Source: Deferrisomatales bacterium
Lineage (GTDB): Bacteria > Desulfobacterota > Deferrisomatia > Deferrisomatales > JACRMM01
Direction: 5' to 3'
DNA: 64,000 nucleotides
NCBI GenBank assembly: GCA_033551855.1
Contig: JAWSUI010000005.1
Span: 60,380-124,379 of the forward strand
The translations under genes were made by a program, and so were the position numbers. Shown piece after piece: positions 48,617-57,830 of this stretch. A model generated the notes under the pieces. It had not been told where the DNA came from. It worked only from the letters and a program-made list of their open reading frames with translations, and made no database searches. Position 1 is the first letter of the stretch; each line of letters starts with the position of its first letter.

Positions 48617-48849
48617 CGCCCTGGACCCTTCGCCCTCCTCCCCGTGATGGCGAACGACGCGACGCAATCCCCCGGTGGCCCGGGTTGGCGGCGGGTCTGG
48701 CCCTCCACCCAGGCGAAAGCGTGCCTCTGCCCGTCGCGGTGCCCCCCGAGACGCGGGCGCTCGTCCCCCCGTGCCGATGTGCAGAACATTCCAGCGAAGA
48801 CGGGGGCGCGCTATCATGGGCCTTCCCCCGAGCCGAGGAGGATCCCTCC

Positions 48850-51501
48850 ATGTCGACCTTCCGCGAACGCCTCGCCCGCCTCTCCCCACCCCAGGCCGTC
48901 CGCCTCCTGGGACCTCGCGGACGCGAGCTCCTGCGGGCCGGGGGGAAGTTTCCCGTGGACCTGGAGAGCCAGGTGCGCCTGACAGGGGAGAAGCTGCGTG
49001 TCGAGCTGCCCGGGGCCGTGGCCACGGTGGCGGCGGCGCCACGGGGGTTTCGGCTCTGGTGCACGGCGTGCCCCGGCCGGTGCGAGCACCTGGGGGCAGC
49101 GCTCTGCCTGGTGCTGGAGGAGAAGGTTGCCCTGGGTTTGGCGGCCGAGCCGATGCCCGCGCCCGAGCTCGAGGAAGGGGCCAAGCCCCTCACCGACGAG
49201 GAGCTCGTGGCCCGGGCCCTGGCGGACCGGGAGGAGCGCGGCCGCACCGAGCCCATGGAGGTGCGCCCCGCCGACGCGGGAACCCCCTGGACCGACTACG
49301 CGGTCACGAGCTCGGCCTCGGGGAAGACCTACCGGGTGGCCCTTCGGGGGACGCAGCGGGGCGACTCCTACTGCTCCTGCCCCGACTTCCGGAAGAACAC
49401 CCTGGGCACCTGCAAGCACGTGCTGCGGGTGCTGGCCGAGGCCGAGAGCCGCCACCCGCCCGCGGCTCTGCGAAAGCCCTGGGTACCCGACGGCCTGGCG
49501 GTGCACCTGGCCTATGGAGAGGATCTCGAGCTGCGACTCCTGATTCCCCCCGGCCTCGACCGGGCCGCCGCCGTCATCGCAAAGCCGATCCAGGGCCGGG
49601 CCATCCGGGACCCCAAGGACCTGCTGATGCGCATCCGGCGGCTCGAGGCCCGGGGGCACGAGGTCACGGTCTACCCCGACGCCCAGGAGTACCTGGCCGA
49701 GGCTCTCAGCCGGGCGCGCCTCCAGGCCGTGGCGGCCGAGATCCGGCGGGACCCGGCGAGCCACCCCCTGCGCACGGCGCTCCTCAAGACGCCGCTCCTC
49801 CCCTACCAGCTCGACGGCATCGCCTTCGCGGCGGGTGCGGGCCGGGCGATCCTGGCCGACGACATGGGGCTCGGAAAGACCATCCAGGGGATCGGCACGG
49901 CCGAGCTCCTGGCGCGGGAGGCCGGCGTCTCCCGGGTGCTCGTGGTCTGCCCGGCGTCGCTGAAGGCCCAGTGGGCTGCGGAGGTGGAGCGCTTCTCCGA
50001 CCGCTCGGTCCAGGTGGTTCTCGGGAGTGCCCCGGAGCGGGCAGCCCAGTACCGCGGTCCCGCCTTCTTCACCGTGGTCAACTACGAGCAGGTGCTCCGG
50101 GACCTGAAGGAGGTGGAGGCGGCGCCCTGGGACCTGATCGTCCTGGACGAAGGCCAGCGCATCAAGAATTGGGAGGCCAAGACGAGCCGCGTGATCAAGG
50201 CCCTGCGGTCCCGGTTCGCCCTGGTGCTCTCGGGCACGCCGCTCGAAAACCGCCTCGACGACCTCTTCTCGGTCGTGGAGTTCATCGACGACCGGCGTTT
50301 GGGGCCGGCCTTCCGGTTCTTCCACCGACACCGGGTGACCGACGAGCGGGGCAAGGTGCTGGGGTACAAGAACCTGGACGACCTGCGTGGGAAGCTCGCT
50401 CCCGTGCTCCTGCGGCGCACCCGGGCCCAGGTGATGAAGGAGCTCCCGCCCCGGACGACCGAGGTTCGGCGCATCCCTCCCACCGCGGAGCAACTCGAGA
50501 TCCACGACGGCCAGCAGCGCACCATCTCGAGCATCGTGCGCAAGAAGTTCCTGACCGAGATGGACCTCCTGCGGCTCCAGAAGGCGCTCCTCCTGTGCCG
50601 CATGGCGGCCAACAGCACCTTCCTGGTGGACAAACAGCCGCCGGGCTACTCCTCCAAGCTCGCCGAGCTCGACCAGCTCCTGGGCGACCTCCTGGCCGAG
50701 GACGGGCGGAAGATCGTCCTCTTCTCCGAGTGGACCACCATGCTCGGCCTCGTGGAGCCGCTGCTGGCCAAGCGCGGCGCCGCGTACGTGCGCCTCGACG
50801 GCTCGGTGCCCCAGGCCAAGCGCCAGGGGCTGGTGAAGCGGTTCCAGGCCGACCCGGAGACCAAGCTCTTCCTCACCACCAACGCCGGGTCCACCGGCCT
50901 CAACCTTCAGGCCGCGGACACGGTGGTCAACGTGGACTTGCCCTGGAACCCGGCGGTGCTCGAACAGCGCATTGCCCGGGCCCACCGGATGGGTCAGAAG
51001 CGCCCCGTGCAGGTATACCTGCTGGTCACCCAGGACACCCTGGAGGAGGGCCTCCTGGGCACACTGGCCGCCAAACACGATCTGGCCCTGGCCGCCCTGG
51101 ACCCGGAGTCGGAGGTGACCGAGGTGGACTTCCGCAGCGGCATCGAGGAGCTCAAGAAGCGCCTCGAGGTCCTGGTGGGCGGCAAGCCCCCGGCCCCGGT
51201 GGACGAGAGCCAACGCCGGCAGGTGGAGGACGAGCTCGAGCGCCTGCGGCGCAAGGACAAGGTGGCCGAGGCCGGGGGCCGGCTCCTGGGGGCGGCGGCC
51301 GCCTTTCTGGGGGAGGTCTTGGGCAGGGGTCCGGGAAGCGGAGAGGCGGAGAAGCTCGCCGCCGCCGTCTCGACCCGGCTGGGGGAGTGCCTGGTGCCCA
51401 CCGACGACGGCCGGGTCGAGCTCCGGCTCACCCTCCCCGAGCCCGCCGCCCTGGAGGGCCTTGCCCGGTCCCTTGCCCAGCTCTTTTCGCCTCGGGAGTG
51501 A
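48850..51501 (+). CDS. SNF2-family helicase/ATPase with two SWIM zinc fingers
   Basis: CTACPGRCEH and CSCPDFRKNTLGTCKH; LADDMGLGKT, DEGQRIKN, SGTP, GLNLQ, QRIARAHRMGQ; RBS GAGGAG. Confidence 0.92.
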   Translation: MSTFRERLARLSPPQAVRLLGPRGRELLRAGGKFPVDLESQVRLTGEKLRVELPGAVATVAAAPRGFRLWCTACPGRCEHLGAALCLVLEEKVALGLAAEPMPAPELEEGAKPLTDEELVARALADREERGRTEPMEVRPADAGTPWTDYAVTSSASGKTYRVALRGTQRGDSYCSCPDFRKNTLGTCKHVLRVLAEAESRHPPAALRKPWVPDGLAVHLAYGEDLELRLLIPPGLDRAAAVIAKPIQGRAIRDPKDLLMRIRRLEARGHEVTVYPDAQEYLAEALSRARLQAVAAEIRRDPASHPLRTALLKTPLLPYQLDGIAFAAGAGRAILADDMGLGKTIQGIGTAELLAREAGVSRVLVVCPASLKAQWAAEVERFSDRSVQVVLGSAPERAAQYRGPAFFTVVNYEQVLRDLKEVEAAPWDLIVLDEGQRIKNWEAKTSRVIKALRSRFALVLSGTPLENRLDDLFSVVEFIDDRRLGPAFRFFHRHRVTDERGKVLGYKNLDDLRGKLAPVLLRRTRAQVMKELPPRTTEVRRIPPTAEQLEIHDGQQRTISSIVRKKFLTEMDLLRLQKALLLCRMAANSTFLVDKQPPGYSSKLAELDQLLGDLLAEDGRKIVLFSEWTTMLGLVEPLLAKRGAAYVRLDGSVPQAKRQGLVKRFQADPETKLFLTTNAGSTGLNLQAADTVVNVDLPWNPAVLEQRIARAHRMGQKRPVQVYLLVTQDTLEEGLLGTLAAKHDLALAALDPESEVTEVDFRSGIEELKKRLEVLVGGKPPAPVDESQRRQVEDELERLRRKDKVAEAGGRLLGAAAAFLGEVLGRGPGSGEAEKLAAAVSTRLGECLVPTDDGRVELRLTLPEPAALEGLARSLAQLFSPRE

Positions 51502-51834
51502 GGAGCCGACCCTCTCGCCGGTGATCATGCCCCCCGGGGCCCCCGGCATTTCGCGGCTTTCGCCCCCACACCTGAGGCCGGGCACTTCGCGCCCGTGCGG
51601 GCGTTCCCCCACCATTCCCGCAAGCACACCCGGTTCGCGTGCCCGGGCGCCGCCGCGGAGGAGGTCACGGCCGGCGTCGTGGACCGGGCTTTCACCCTGC
51701 TCCTCAAGGGGGAGCGTCCCGCGGGCGCGAAGCCCCTCGTTTGACAGCCCGACTTGTGCTCGCGACAATGCTTCGCAGCCCCTCGCCTACCCAGCGGACG
51801 GGTGAACACCGCCCACGTCGCCATGGAGCCGCCG

Positions 51835-52050
51835 ATGCGCAATGAGTTCACGGCCGTGATCGAACGGGACGGCGAGTGGTACATCGCCTACTGCCCCGAG
51901 ATCCCCGGCGCGAATGGCCAGGGCCGCACGATCGAGGAATGTCGCGCCAGTCTCGCCGACGCTATCGAGCTCATTCTCGATGATCGGCGCGAGAGCGCTC
52001 TGCGCGGCGTACCCCCGGAGGCGATCCGCGAGACCGTCGTCATTTCATGA
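51835..52050 (+). CDS. HicB-family antitoxin (short form)
   Basis: FTAVIERDGEWYIAYCPEIPGANGQGRTIEE. Confidence 0.88.
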   Translation: MRNEFTAVIERDGEWYIAYCPEIPGANGQGRTIEECRASLADAIELILDDRRESALRGVPPEAIRETVVIS

Positions 52051-52238
52051 AACGAAGCACCTTGCTTCGCCACCTGCGCAGGCACGGCTGTTTTCTGAAG
52101 CGCGAAGGGCGGTCCCACTCCCTCTAGGAGAATCCCCAGACAGGCCACACGGAAGCCGTACCGCGCCACACCGAGATCTCCAACCAACTCGCCAAGAAGA
52201 TCTGTCTCGCGTTGGCACTTCCCGAGCCCCCAGGCTAG
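52047..52238 (+). pseudogene. HicA-family toxin with in-frame amber stop at codon 27
   Basis: MKRSTLLRHLRRHGCFLKREGRSHSL*ENPQTGHTEAVPRHTEI...ICLALALPEPPG; TAG at 52125-52127; ATGA overlap with hicB. Confidence 0.85.
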
Positions 52239-52324
52239 CTCTCTCGCGATCCCCCGGGCTTGGCGTCGGACCCTCGCCGGAATGGACCCCGCCCCCGCAC
52301 TTCCGAAGGACAGGGGCCTGAGCA

Positions 52325-52612
52325 GACCAACCCTTTCACAGACTCTGCCGCCACCCACCGCAGCTCCTGCGTGGACACCCCCTGCGCTTCCACCCGGCGG
52401 CTCGCCCGGCTCACCCCCGAGCCCCCCCTTCCGAAGCTCTCCGCGATCTCCCGAAGGGGCTCCTCCCTGCGCACCTGACTGACGCCGAGCGCCACCCGCC
52501 GGGGCGCCCGGCGATCGTCTCCCAGGCGTTTGCCGGAAGTGACCCGGCCCCGCACCCTCACGCAAACCCCGGAGTCCAGGGCAAGGGCGCACCGAGCCAG
52601 CTCCTCGGCTTT
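52325..52612 (-). pseudogene. Possible remnant of the C-terminal HTH of a REP-associated (Y1) transposase
   Basis: RRVALGVSQVRREEPLREIAESFGRGGSGVSRASRRVE resembles the DnaA-C-like HTH tail of such transposases; no HUH motif or clear start. Confidence 0.35.
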
Positions 52613-52738
52613 CCCTGTCGCCCCCGTACCGGAGGGCACGGCCTTCCCTGTTCTTGACGGAACGGCTTGACCCGACGAAACGGGTTGGCCATAGTCGACT
52701 AACGTAATCGGATGGGGCAGGGGAATCGGGAGGCAGAC

Positions 52739-52996
52739 ATGGGAACGCCCACGATCGTCAACATGCACGAGGCGAAGACCAAGCTCTCCGAGTTGGGCCG
52801 GCGTGTGTGGGAGGGCGAGGAGATCGTCATCGCGCGGGCCCGGGAGCCCAATCTGGATCTCTTGCCCCACAGACCGAGGCGGCAGGATCGAACACCGGGG
52901 CGGTGGGCGCAGAGGATCTGGATTGCGGACGACTTTGACGAGACCGACCCCGAGACCGTGGCCGCTTTCGAGCGCGCCCACGAGGACCGCGAGTGA
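52739..52996 (+). CDS. Phd/YefM-family antitoxin
   Basis: VNMHEAKTKLSEL...GEEIVIARA...IWIADDFD; upstream palindrome tagtcgacta (52692-52701) is a likely operator. Confidence 0.88.
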   Translation: MGTPTIVNMHEAKTKLSELGRRVWEGEEIVIARAREPNLDLLPHRPRRQDRTPGRWAQRIWIADDFDETDPETVAAFERAHEDRE

Positions 52997-53382
52997 GGAG
53001 GCTGCTTCTCGACACCCACGTCCTCTTGTGGTGGCTCGCCGGGGATCCCAGGATCGGCCCCGTCGCGGCGCGCCTGATTCGCGACGGGACGAACGCGGTC
53101 TTCGTCTTTGCAGCATCCGCTTGGGAGATGTCTATCGAGAAGGGGCAGGGAAAGCTGAGGACTCCCCATGAGGAGCTCGGCATCGCCATTGCAGAAGAGG
53201 GATTCCTGCCCCTCCCCATCACGGTGCGCCACGGGGAACGAGCCGGCGAGCTCCCCTTGCTCCACCGCGATCCCTTTGACCGCATGCTCGTCGCTCAGGC
53301 GCAGGAAGAAGGCCTGGAGGTCGTCACGAGCGATCCGGCGATCTCGAAGTATGGGGTGCCGACGGTGGACGCCGCGGCCTGA
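52993..53382 (+). CDS. VapC-family PIN toxin
   Basis: LLLDTHVLLWW, SAWE, LHRDPFDRMLVAQA, VTSD. Confidence 0.92.
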   Translation: MRRLLLDTHVLLWWLAGDPRIGPVAARLIRDGTNAVFVFAASAWEMSIEKGQGKLRTPHEELGIAIAEEGFLPLPITVRHGERAGELPLLHRDPFDRMLVAQAQEEGLEVVTSDPAISKYGVPTVDAAA

Positions 53383-53622
53383 CCCGGTCTTCGACCCTAT
53401 CCACCGCTGCCCCCCGCCGCGGGCACCTGTACGCCACCTCGCCTTCCGGGAGGGGGCTTACCCGTAGGGTCTTACCCGTAAGGTACGGGCAGGCATTCAG
53501 AGTCCTCCTGCACCCTGCCTCCCGTCGTCCCGATCGGGGCCCCGCGGGGCCCGGCGAGGCCGAGAAGGGAAACCTCTCACGAGAGCTTCCATCCCCGAGG
53601 TCGGGGCAAGGATGGTGCCTCC

Positions 53623-54585
53623 TTGACCCGCGAGACCCTCGAGCGACACCAGGTCCACGTCTATCTGGCGGCCGTTTCTCTCGGCCTGCTGGCCGGCAGG
53701 GTCTTCCCCGGGGGCGTGGCCCAGTGGGAGGTCGCCCTGTGGCCCCTGCTCGGGGTCTTGCTCTACACCACGTTCACCCAGGTGCCCCTGGCGCATCTGC
53801 GGGAGGCCATCGCGGAGCCCCGGTTTCTTGCGGCCGCGATTCTGGGAAATTTTGCGGTGCTCCCGTTCGCCGCCTGGGGGCTCGCGGCATTGGCGCCCGG
53901 CGACCCTGCCGTTCGGCTGGGGGTCCTCCTGGTGCTCCTGGTCCCCTGCACCGACTGGTTCATCACCTTCACCCACCTCGGGGGGGGCGAGACCAGGCGC
54001 GCGCTGGCGTTTGCCCCGGTGAGCCTGTTCCTCCAGTTCCTCCTGCTCCCCCTGTACCTCGCTCTCTTCTACGGGGACGGCCTGGGGGTGGCGCTCGCGC
54101 GGCGGGAGATGCTCATGGCCTTCGGCGGGCTGATCGCGGCGCCGCTCGCTGCGGCCTTCCTCACCGAGCGGTGGGCCGAGGGCCGCCCGGGGGGCGCGGT
54201 CCTCCTGGCACGGCTCGGGTGGTTCCCGGTGCCGCTCCTGGCCGCGGTGGTCTTCCTCATCGCCGCGACCCAGGTTGGGCTGGTCCTGGGGTCCGCGCCC
54301 CTGCTGGGTGCGCTGGCACTGGTCTTCGCCGCCTTCCTGGTCCTCGCCGGGGCCTTGGCCCGGGTCCTCGCGGGCCTCTTCCGGCTCCCCACCCCCCAGG
54401 GCCGCGCCTTGGCCTTCAGTTTCGGCACCCGCAACTCCTTCGTCGTCCTGCCCCTGGCGCTGGCCCTGCCCGCCTCCTTCGAGGTCACCGCCGTGGTCGT
54501 CGTGTTCCAGTCTCTGGTGGAGCTACTCGGCATGGCCGCCTTCCTGTGGCTGGTCCCGCGGGTGCTCTTCCCGGGCAGGCCCTGA
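53623..54585 (+). CDS. Acr3/BASS-family membrane transporter (arsenic resistance protein-like)
   Basis: About 10 TM segments; LLVPCTDWFITFT, TRNSFVVLPLAL, QSLVEL. Confidence 0.8.
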   Translation: MTRETLERHQVHVYLAAVSLGLLAGRVFPGGVAQWEVALWPLLGVLLYTTFTQVPLAHLREAIAEPRFLAAAILGNFAVLPFAAWGLAALAPGDPAVRLGVLLVLLVPCTDWFITFTHLGGGETRRALAFAPVSLFLQFLLLPLYLALFYGDGLGVALARREMLMAFGGLIAAPLAAAFLTERWAEGRPGGAVLLARLGWFPVPLLAAVVFLIAATQVGLVLGSAPLLGALALVFAAFLVLAGALARVLAGLFRLPTPQGRALAFSFGTRNSFVVLPLALALPASFEVTAVVVVFQSLVELLGMAAFLWLVPRVLFPGRP

Positions 54586-54691
54586 TCGCTTCCCCAGGAC
54601 CTGTCGCCGAGGCTCTCGAGATCGCTGTTGAACGTTATCACTGCGACGGGGAACCGCAGGTCCACGGCGACGGGCTGGTGAAGGGCGACGC

Positions 54692-54766
54692 ACCGGGGTC
54701 TTCGGGAACACCCCTTCGAATTGCCGCGGATTGGGGGGCGAAACGCAGGGGCTCCCCGGCCCCGCT
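54692..54766 (+). repeat. ~75-bp hairpin-forming repeat, copy 1
   Basis: Shares cccttcg.attgccgcggat, ggggcga.acgcaggggctccccgg.ccc with 57561-57636. Confidence 0.75.
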
Positions 54767-54901
54767 CTCCTCCGAGACGGAGGATCCAGGACCGGCGGCC
54801 GCCTTGACGCCCGGATGAGCGCAACGGTAGCCTCCCCCGGCATCTCGCCGGCCCCTGCACGCCGGCGCCGTCCCTCGCCGACCTCCCCCAGGAGCCCACC
54901 G

Positions 54902-57502
54902 ATGCAGAGCGGCCTGCCCCCTTTCGACCGGCTGATCCAAGGTCTGCGACCGGGCGACAACGTCGTCTGGCAGGTGGACCGTCTGGCCGACTACCGCTTC
55001 TTCGCCGCCCACTTCGTGGACCAGAGCCTGCGGGACGGCCGGGAGTGCGTGTACCTTCGCTTCGCCCCGGACGAGCCCGTGGTGCCGGCCGTGCTCGGCC
55101 TGGAGGTCGTGACTCTCGACCCCGGGGCCGGGTTCGACAACTTCAGCGCCCGGGTCCAGCGCATCATCGAGGAGAAAGGGCGCGAGGCATGCTACGTCTT
55201 CGACAACCTCTCCGCCCTGGTGGCCCAGTGGGCCACCGACGTCCTGCTGGCGAACTTCTTCCAGATCACCTGCCCCTTCCTGTACCAGGTGGACGCGGTG
55301 GCCTACTTCGCCCTCACCCGCGGCCGCCACGCCCACAGCGCCGTGGCCCGGATCCGCGACACGACCCAGTTGCTCCTCGACGTGTACCACGTGGGCGCGC
55401 AGCTCTACGTGCACCCCCTCAAGGTGTGGGACCGCTACTCCCCCCAGATGTTCCTCCCCCACCGGGTGGAGGGCGAGGTGTGGTCCCCGATCTTCCAGAG
55501 CGGGGAGGCGGCCGAGCTCTCCTCGGTAGCCCTCCAGCACCCCCTGCAGGAGACCGACGCCTCGATCGCCCCGTGGCAGAGCGTGTACCAGCGCCTGCTG
55601 GACTACTCGCGGGCGGACGAGGTGCCCCCGGAGATGGAGACCGAGGTGGCGGCCCTGCGGAGGGAGCTGACCCGGATGATGCTCGGGGCCCACCCCAAGT
55701 TCGACCGCCTCGTGGACCGGTGCCTGGGGTCCCGGGACCTCCTCGCGGTCCGGAGCCGCCTCATCGGCTCCGGTCGCATCGGGGGCAAGGCGGCGGGTAT
55801 CCTGGCCGCCCGGTGCGCCCTGCGCACAACCCTGGGAGAAGCCGAGTTCAACCGGATCTTCGAGAGCCAGGACTCCTTCTACGTCGGGTCCGACGTCTTC
55901 TTCACGTTTCTGGTCAACAACAACCTCTTCCGCCTGCGCCTGAACCTCTCTCGGAGCTTCCAGATCACCCACGAGGAATTCGAGGAGGTGCAGGCGCGCT
56001 TCCTGGCGGGGAGCTTCCCACCGGAGATCCTCAAGCAGTTCCGCGCGATGCTCGACTACTACGGGGAGGCGCCGATCATCGTCCGCTCCAGCAGCTTCCT
56101 GGAGGACAGCTTCGGCAACGCCTTCGCCGGCAAGTACCGAAGCGAGTTTCTCGTCAACCAGGGGAGCCCCGACGAGCGGATGGAGGAGCTCTTGCGGGCG
56201 GTGAAGCTCGTCTACGCCAGCGCCCTCAACCCCGACGCGATCACGTACCGGCGCCGCCGGGGCCTCGACGAGAGCGACGAGCAGATGGCCATCCTCGTGA
56301 TGCGGGTGTCCGGGCTGCGGTACGGGAAGTACTTCTTCCCGACCCTGGCAGGAGTCGCCTTCTCTCGCAACCTCTACGCCTGGAACGACCGGATCGACCC
56401 CAGGAAGGGGTTGATCCGACTGGTGTTCGGCCTGGGCACCCACGCGGTGGACCGGGCGGCAGGGGACTACCCCCGCATGATCGCCGTGAGCCACCCCCAG
56501 CTCCGGCCGGAGGTGGGGGAGAAGGTCGCCAAGTACTCCCAACGGGTCATGGACGTGCTCGACCTGGAGGAGAACCGCCTCGTCACGCTGCCCGCGGCCG
56601 ACCTGCTCGATCCCGGCGACTACCCGGGGCTGCACTTCCTCGTTTCGGTGCTGGAGGACGGCCAGCTCTACGACCCCGTCAGCAACCGCGTGGACGCCCC
56701 CGGGCACAGGATGTTCCTCACCTTCAACAAGCTCATCGCCCGCACCGACTTCGTGGGACTCCTGGGGGGCATGCTCGAGGTGCTCGAGGAAGCCTACGGG
56801 GAGCCGGTGGACACGGAGTTCACCGCCCATCTCGACGCCTCGGGCCGCGTGAAGATCGACCTGCTCCAGTGCCGTCCGCTGCGCCTGCCGGGGGTGTCCG
56901 GCCCCCTCTCGATCCCCGAGGGGATCGCCCCCGAGCGGGTGCTCTTCCGGGCCGGGCGGTTCATCAGCGGGGGCGAGGTGCCCGGCATCCGCCACATCCT
57001 CTACATCGACCCGCGCCGGTACGCGGGGGTGGAGGACCTGGCCCTCAAGCGGTCCATCGGCCGGCTGGTGGGCCGCATCAACCGGCACCCGGAGGTCGGC
57101 CAGGGGAAGCTGATGATGATGGGACCCGGCCGGTGGGGCAGCAACACCGTGGACCTCGGCGTCAACGTGGGCTATGCCGATATCGACCGGGCTGCGGTCC
57201 TGGTGGAGCTGGCCCGGGAGGAGGCCGGGCACCTGCCCGAGGTCTCCTACGGCACCCACTTCTTCCAGGACCTGGTGGAGCAGGAGATCATCTACCTCCC
57301 CGTGTACCCCGACGACGAGGAGGCGGCCTTCAACGCCGGCTTCTTCGATGAGAGCCCCAACGCCCTGCTCCGGCTCTTCCCGTCGGCTGAGGAGTTTGCG
57401 GGCGTGGTGAAGCTGATCGACGTCCCCGAGGCGTCGGGGGGCGCCAGCGCCCGGGTGGTGGCGGACCCCGAGACCCGTCGCGCCGTGTGCTTCCTGGAGT
57501 GA
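54902..57502 (+). CDS. PEP/pyruvate-binding (PEP synthase N-terminal, ATP-grasp) domain protein with RecA/KaiC-like N-terminal region; start uncertain (54816 possible)
   Basis: SGLPPFDRLIQGLRPGDNVVWQ; IGGKAAG, IVRSSSFLED, AFAGKY, QMAILV, VFGLGT; C-terminal SYGTHFFQDLVE. Confidence 0.85.
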   Translation: MQSGLPPFDRLIQGLRPGDNVVWQVDRLADYRFFAAHFVDQSLRDGRECVYLRFAPDEPVVPAVLGLEVVTLDPGAGFDNFSARVQRIIEEKGREACYVFDNLSALVAQWATDVLLANFFQITCPFLYQVDAVAYFALTRGRHAHSAVARIRDTTQLLLDVYHVGAQLYVHPLKVWDRYSPQMFLPHRVEGEVWSPIFQSGEAAELSSVALQHPLQETDASIAPWQSVYQRLLDYSRADEVPPEMETEVAALRRELTRMMLGAHPKFDRLVDRCLGSRDLLAVRSRLIGSGRIGGKAAGILAARCALRTTLGEAEFNRIFESQDSFYVGSDVFFTFLVNNNLFRLRLNLSRSFQITHEEFEEVQARFLAGSFPPEILKQFRAMLDYYGEAPIIVRSSSFLEDSFGNAFAGKYRSEFLVNQGSPDERMEELLRAVKLVYASALNPDAITYRRRRGLDESDEQMAILVMRVSGLRYGKYFFPTLAGVAFSRNLYAWNDRIDPRKGLIRLVFGLGTHAVDRAAGDYPRMIAVSHPQLRPEVGEKVAKYSQRVMDVLDLEENRLVTLPAADLLDPGDYPGLHFLVSVLEDGQLYDPVSNRVDAPGHRMFLTFNKLIARTDFVGLLGGMLEVLEEAYGEPVDTEFTAHLDASGRVKIDLLQCRPLRLPGVSGPLSIPEGIAPERVLFRAGRFISGGEVPGIRHILYIDPRRYAGVEDLALKRSIGRLVGRINRHPEVGQGKLMMMGPGRWGSNTVDLGVNVGYADIDRAAVLVELAREEAGHLPEVSYGTHFFQDLVEQEIIYLPVYPDDEEAAFNAGFFDESPNALLRLFPSAEEFAGVVKLIDVPEASGGASARVVADPETRRAVCFLE

Positions 57503-57560
57503 GCGGCAGGGTCGGAGTCCGGGACCCCGGAGAGCACCCCCGTGCCGCATCGACCGACCT

Positions 57561-57636
57561 ACCGGGGCCGGCGGGGATACCCCTTCGCATTGCCGCGGAT
57601 AGCGGGGCGAGACGCAGGGGCTCCCCGGACCCCGCT
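57561..57636 (+). repeat. ~75-bp hairpin-forming repeat, copy 2
   Basis: Direct repeat of 54692-54766. Confidence 0.75.
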
Positions 57637-57830
57637 TGCCGAGCAGGCCGGGAATCCCGGTCCAACATTCCGCTTGAAGTGGCCCCGCCGTTGCCCTAGC
57701 ATGCGGCCCCCCCGGCCCTTCCCGTCGCTTCGAGTCGCGAGGAGGCCGGAAGCGGTCCTGCGTTCCCCGCGGTCGGGCAACCCGCCCGGAGCGATTGCCT
57801 GCATGTCGTCCCCACGAGGAGGAAGTGCCC

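Noticed and set aside
52125..52127. Pyrrolysine read-through of the hicA amber codon
   Set aside because: No pyl genes in the window, and a single TGG to TAG change explains it more simply.
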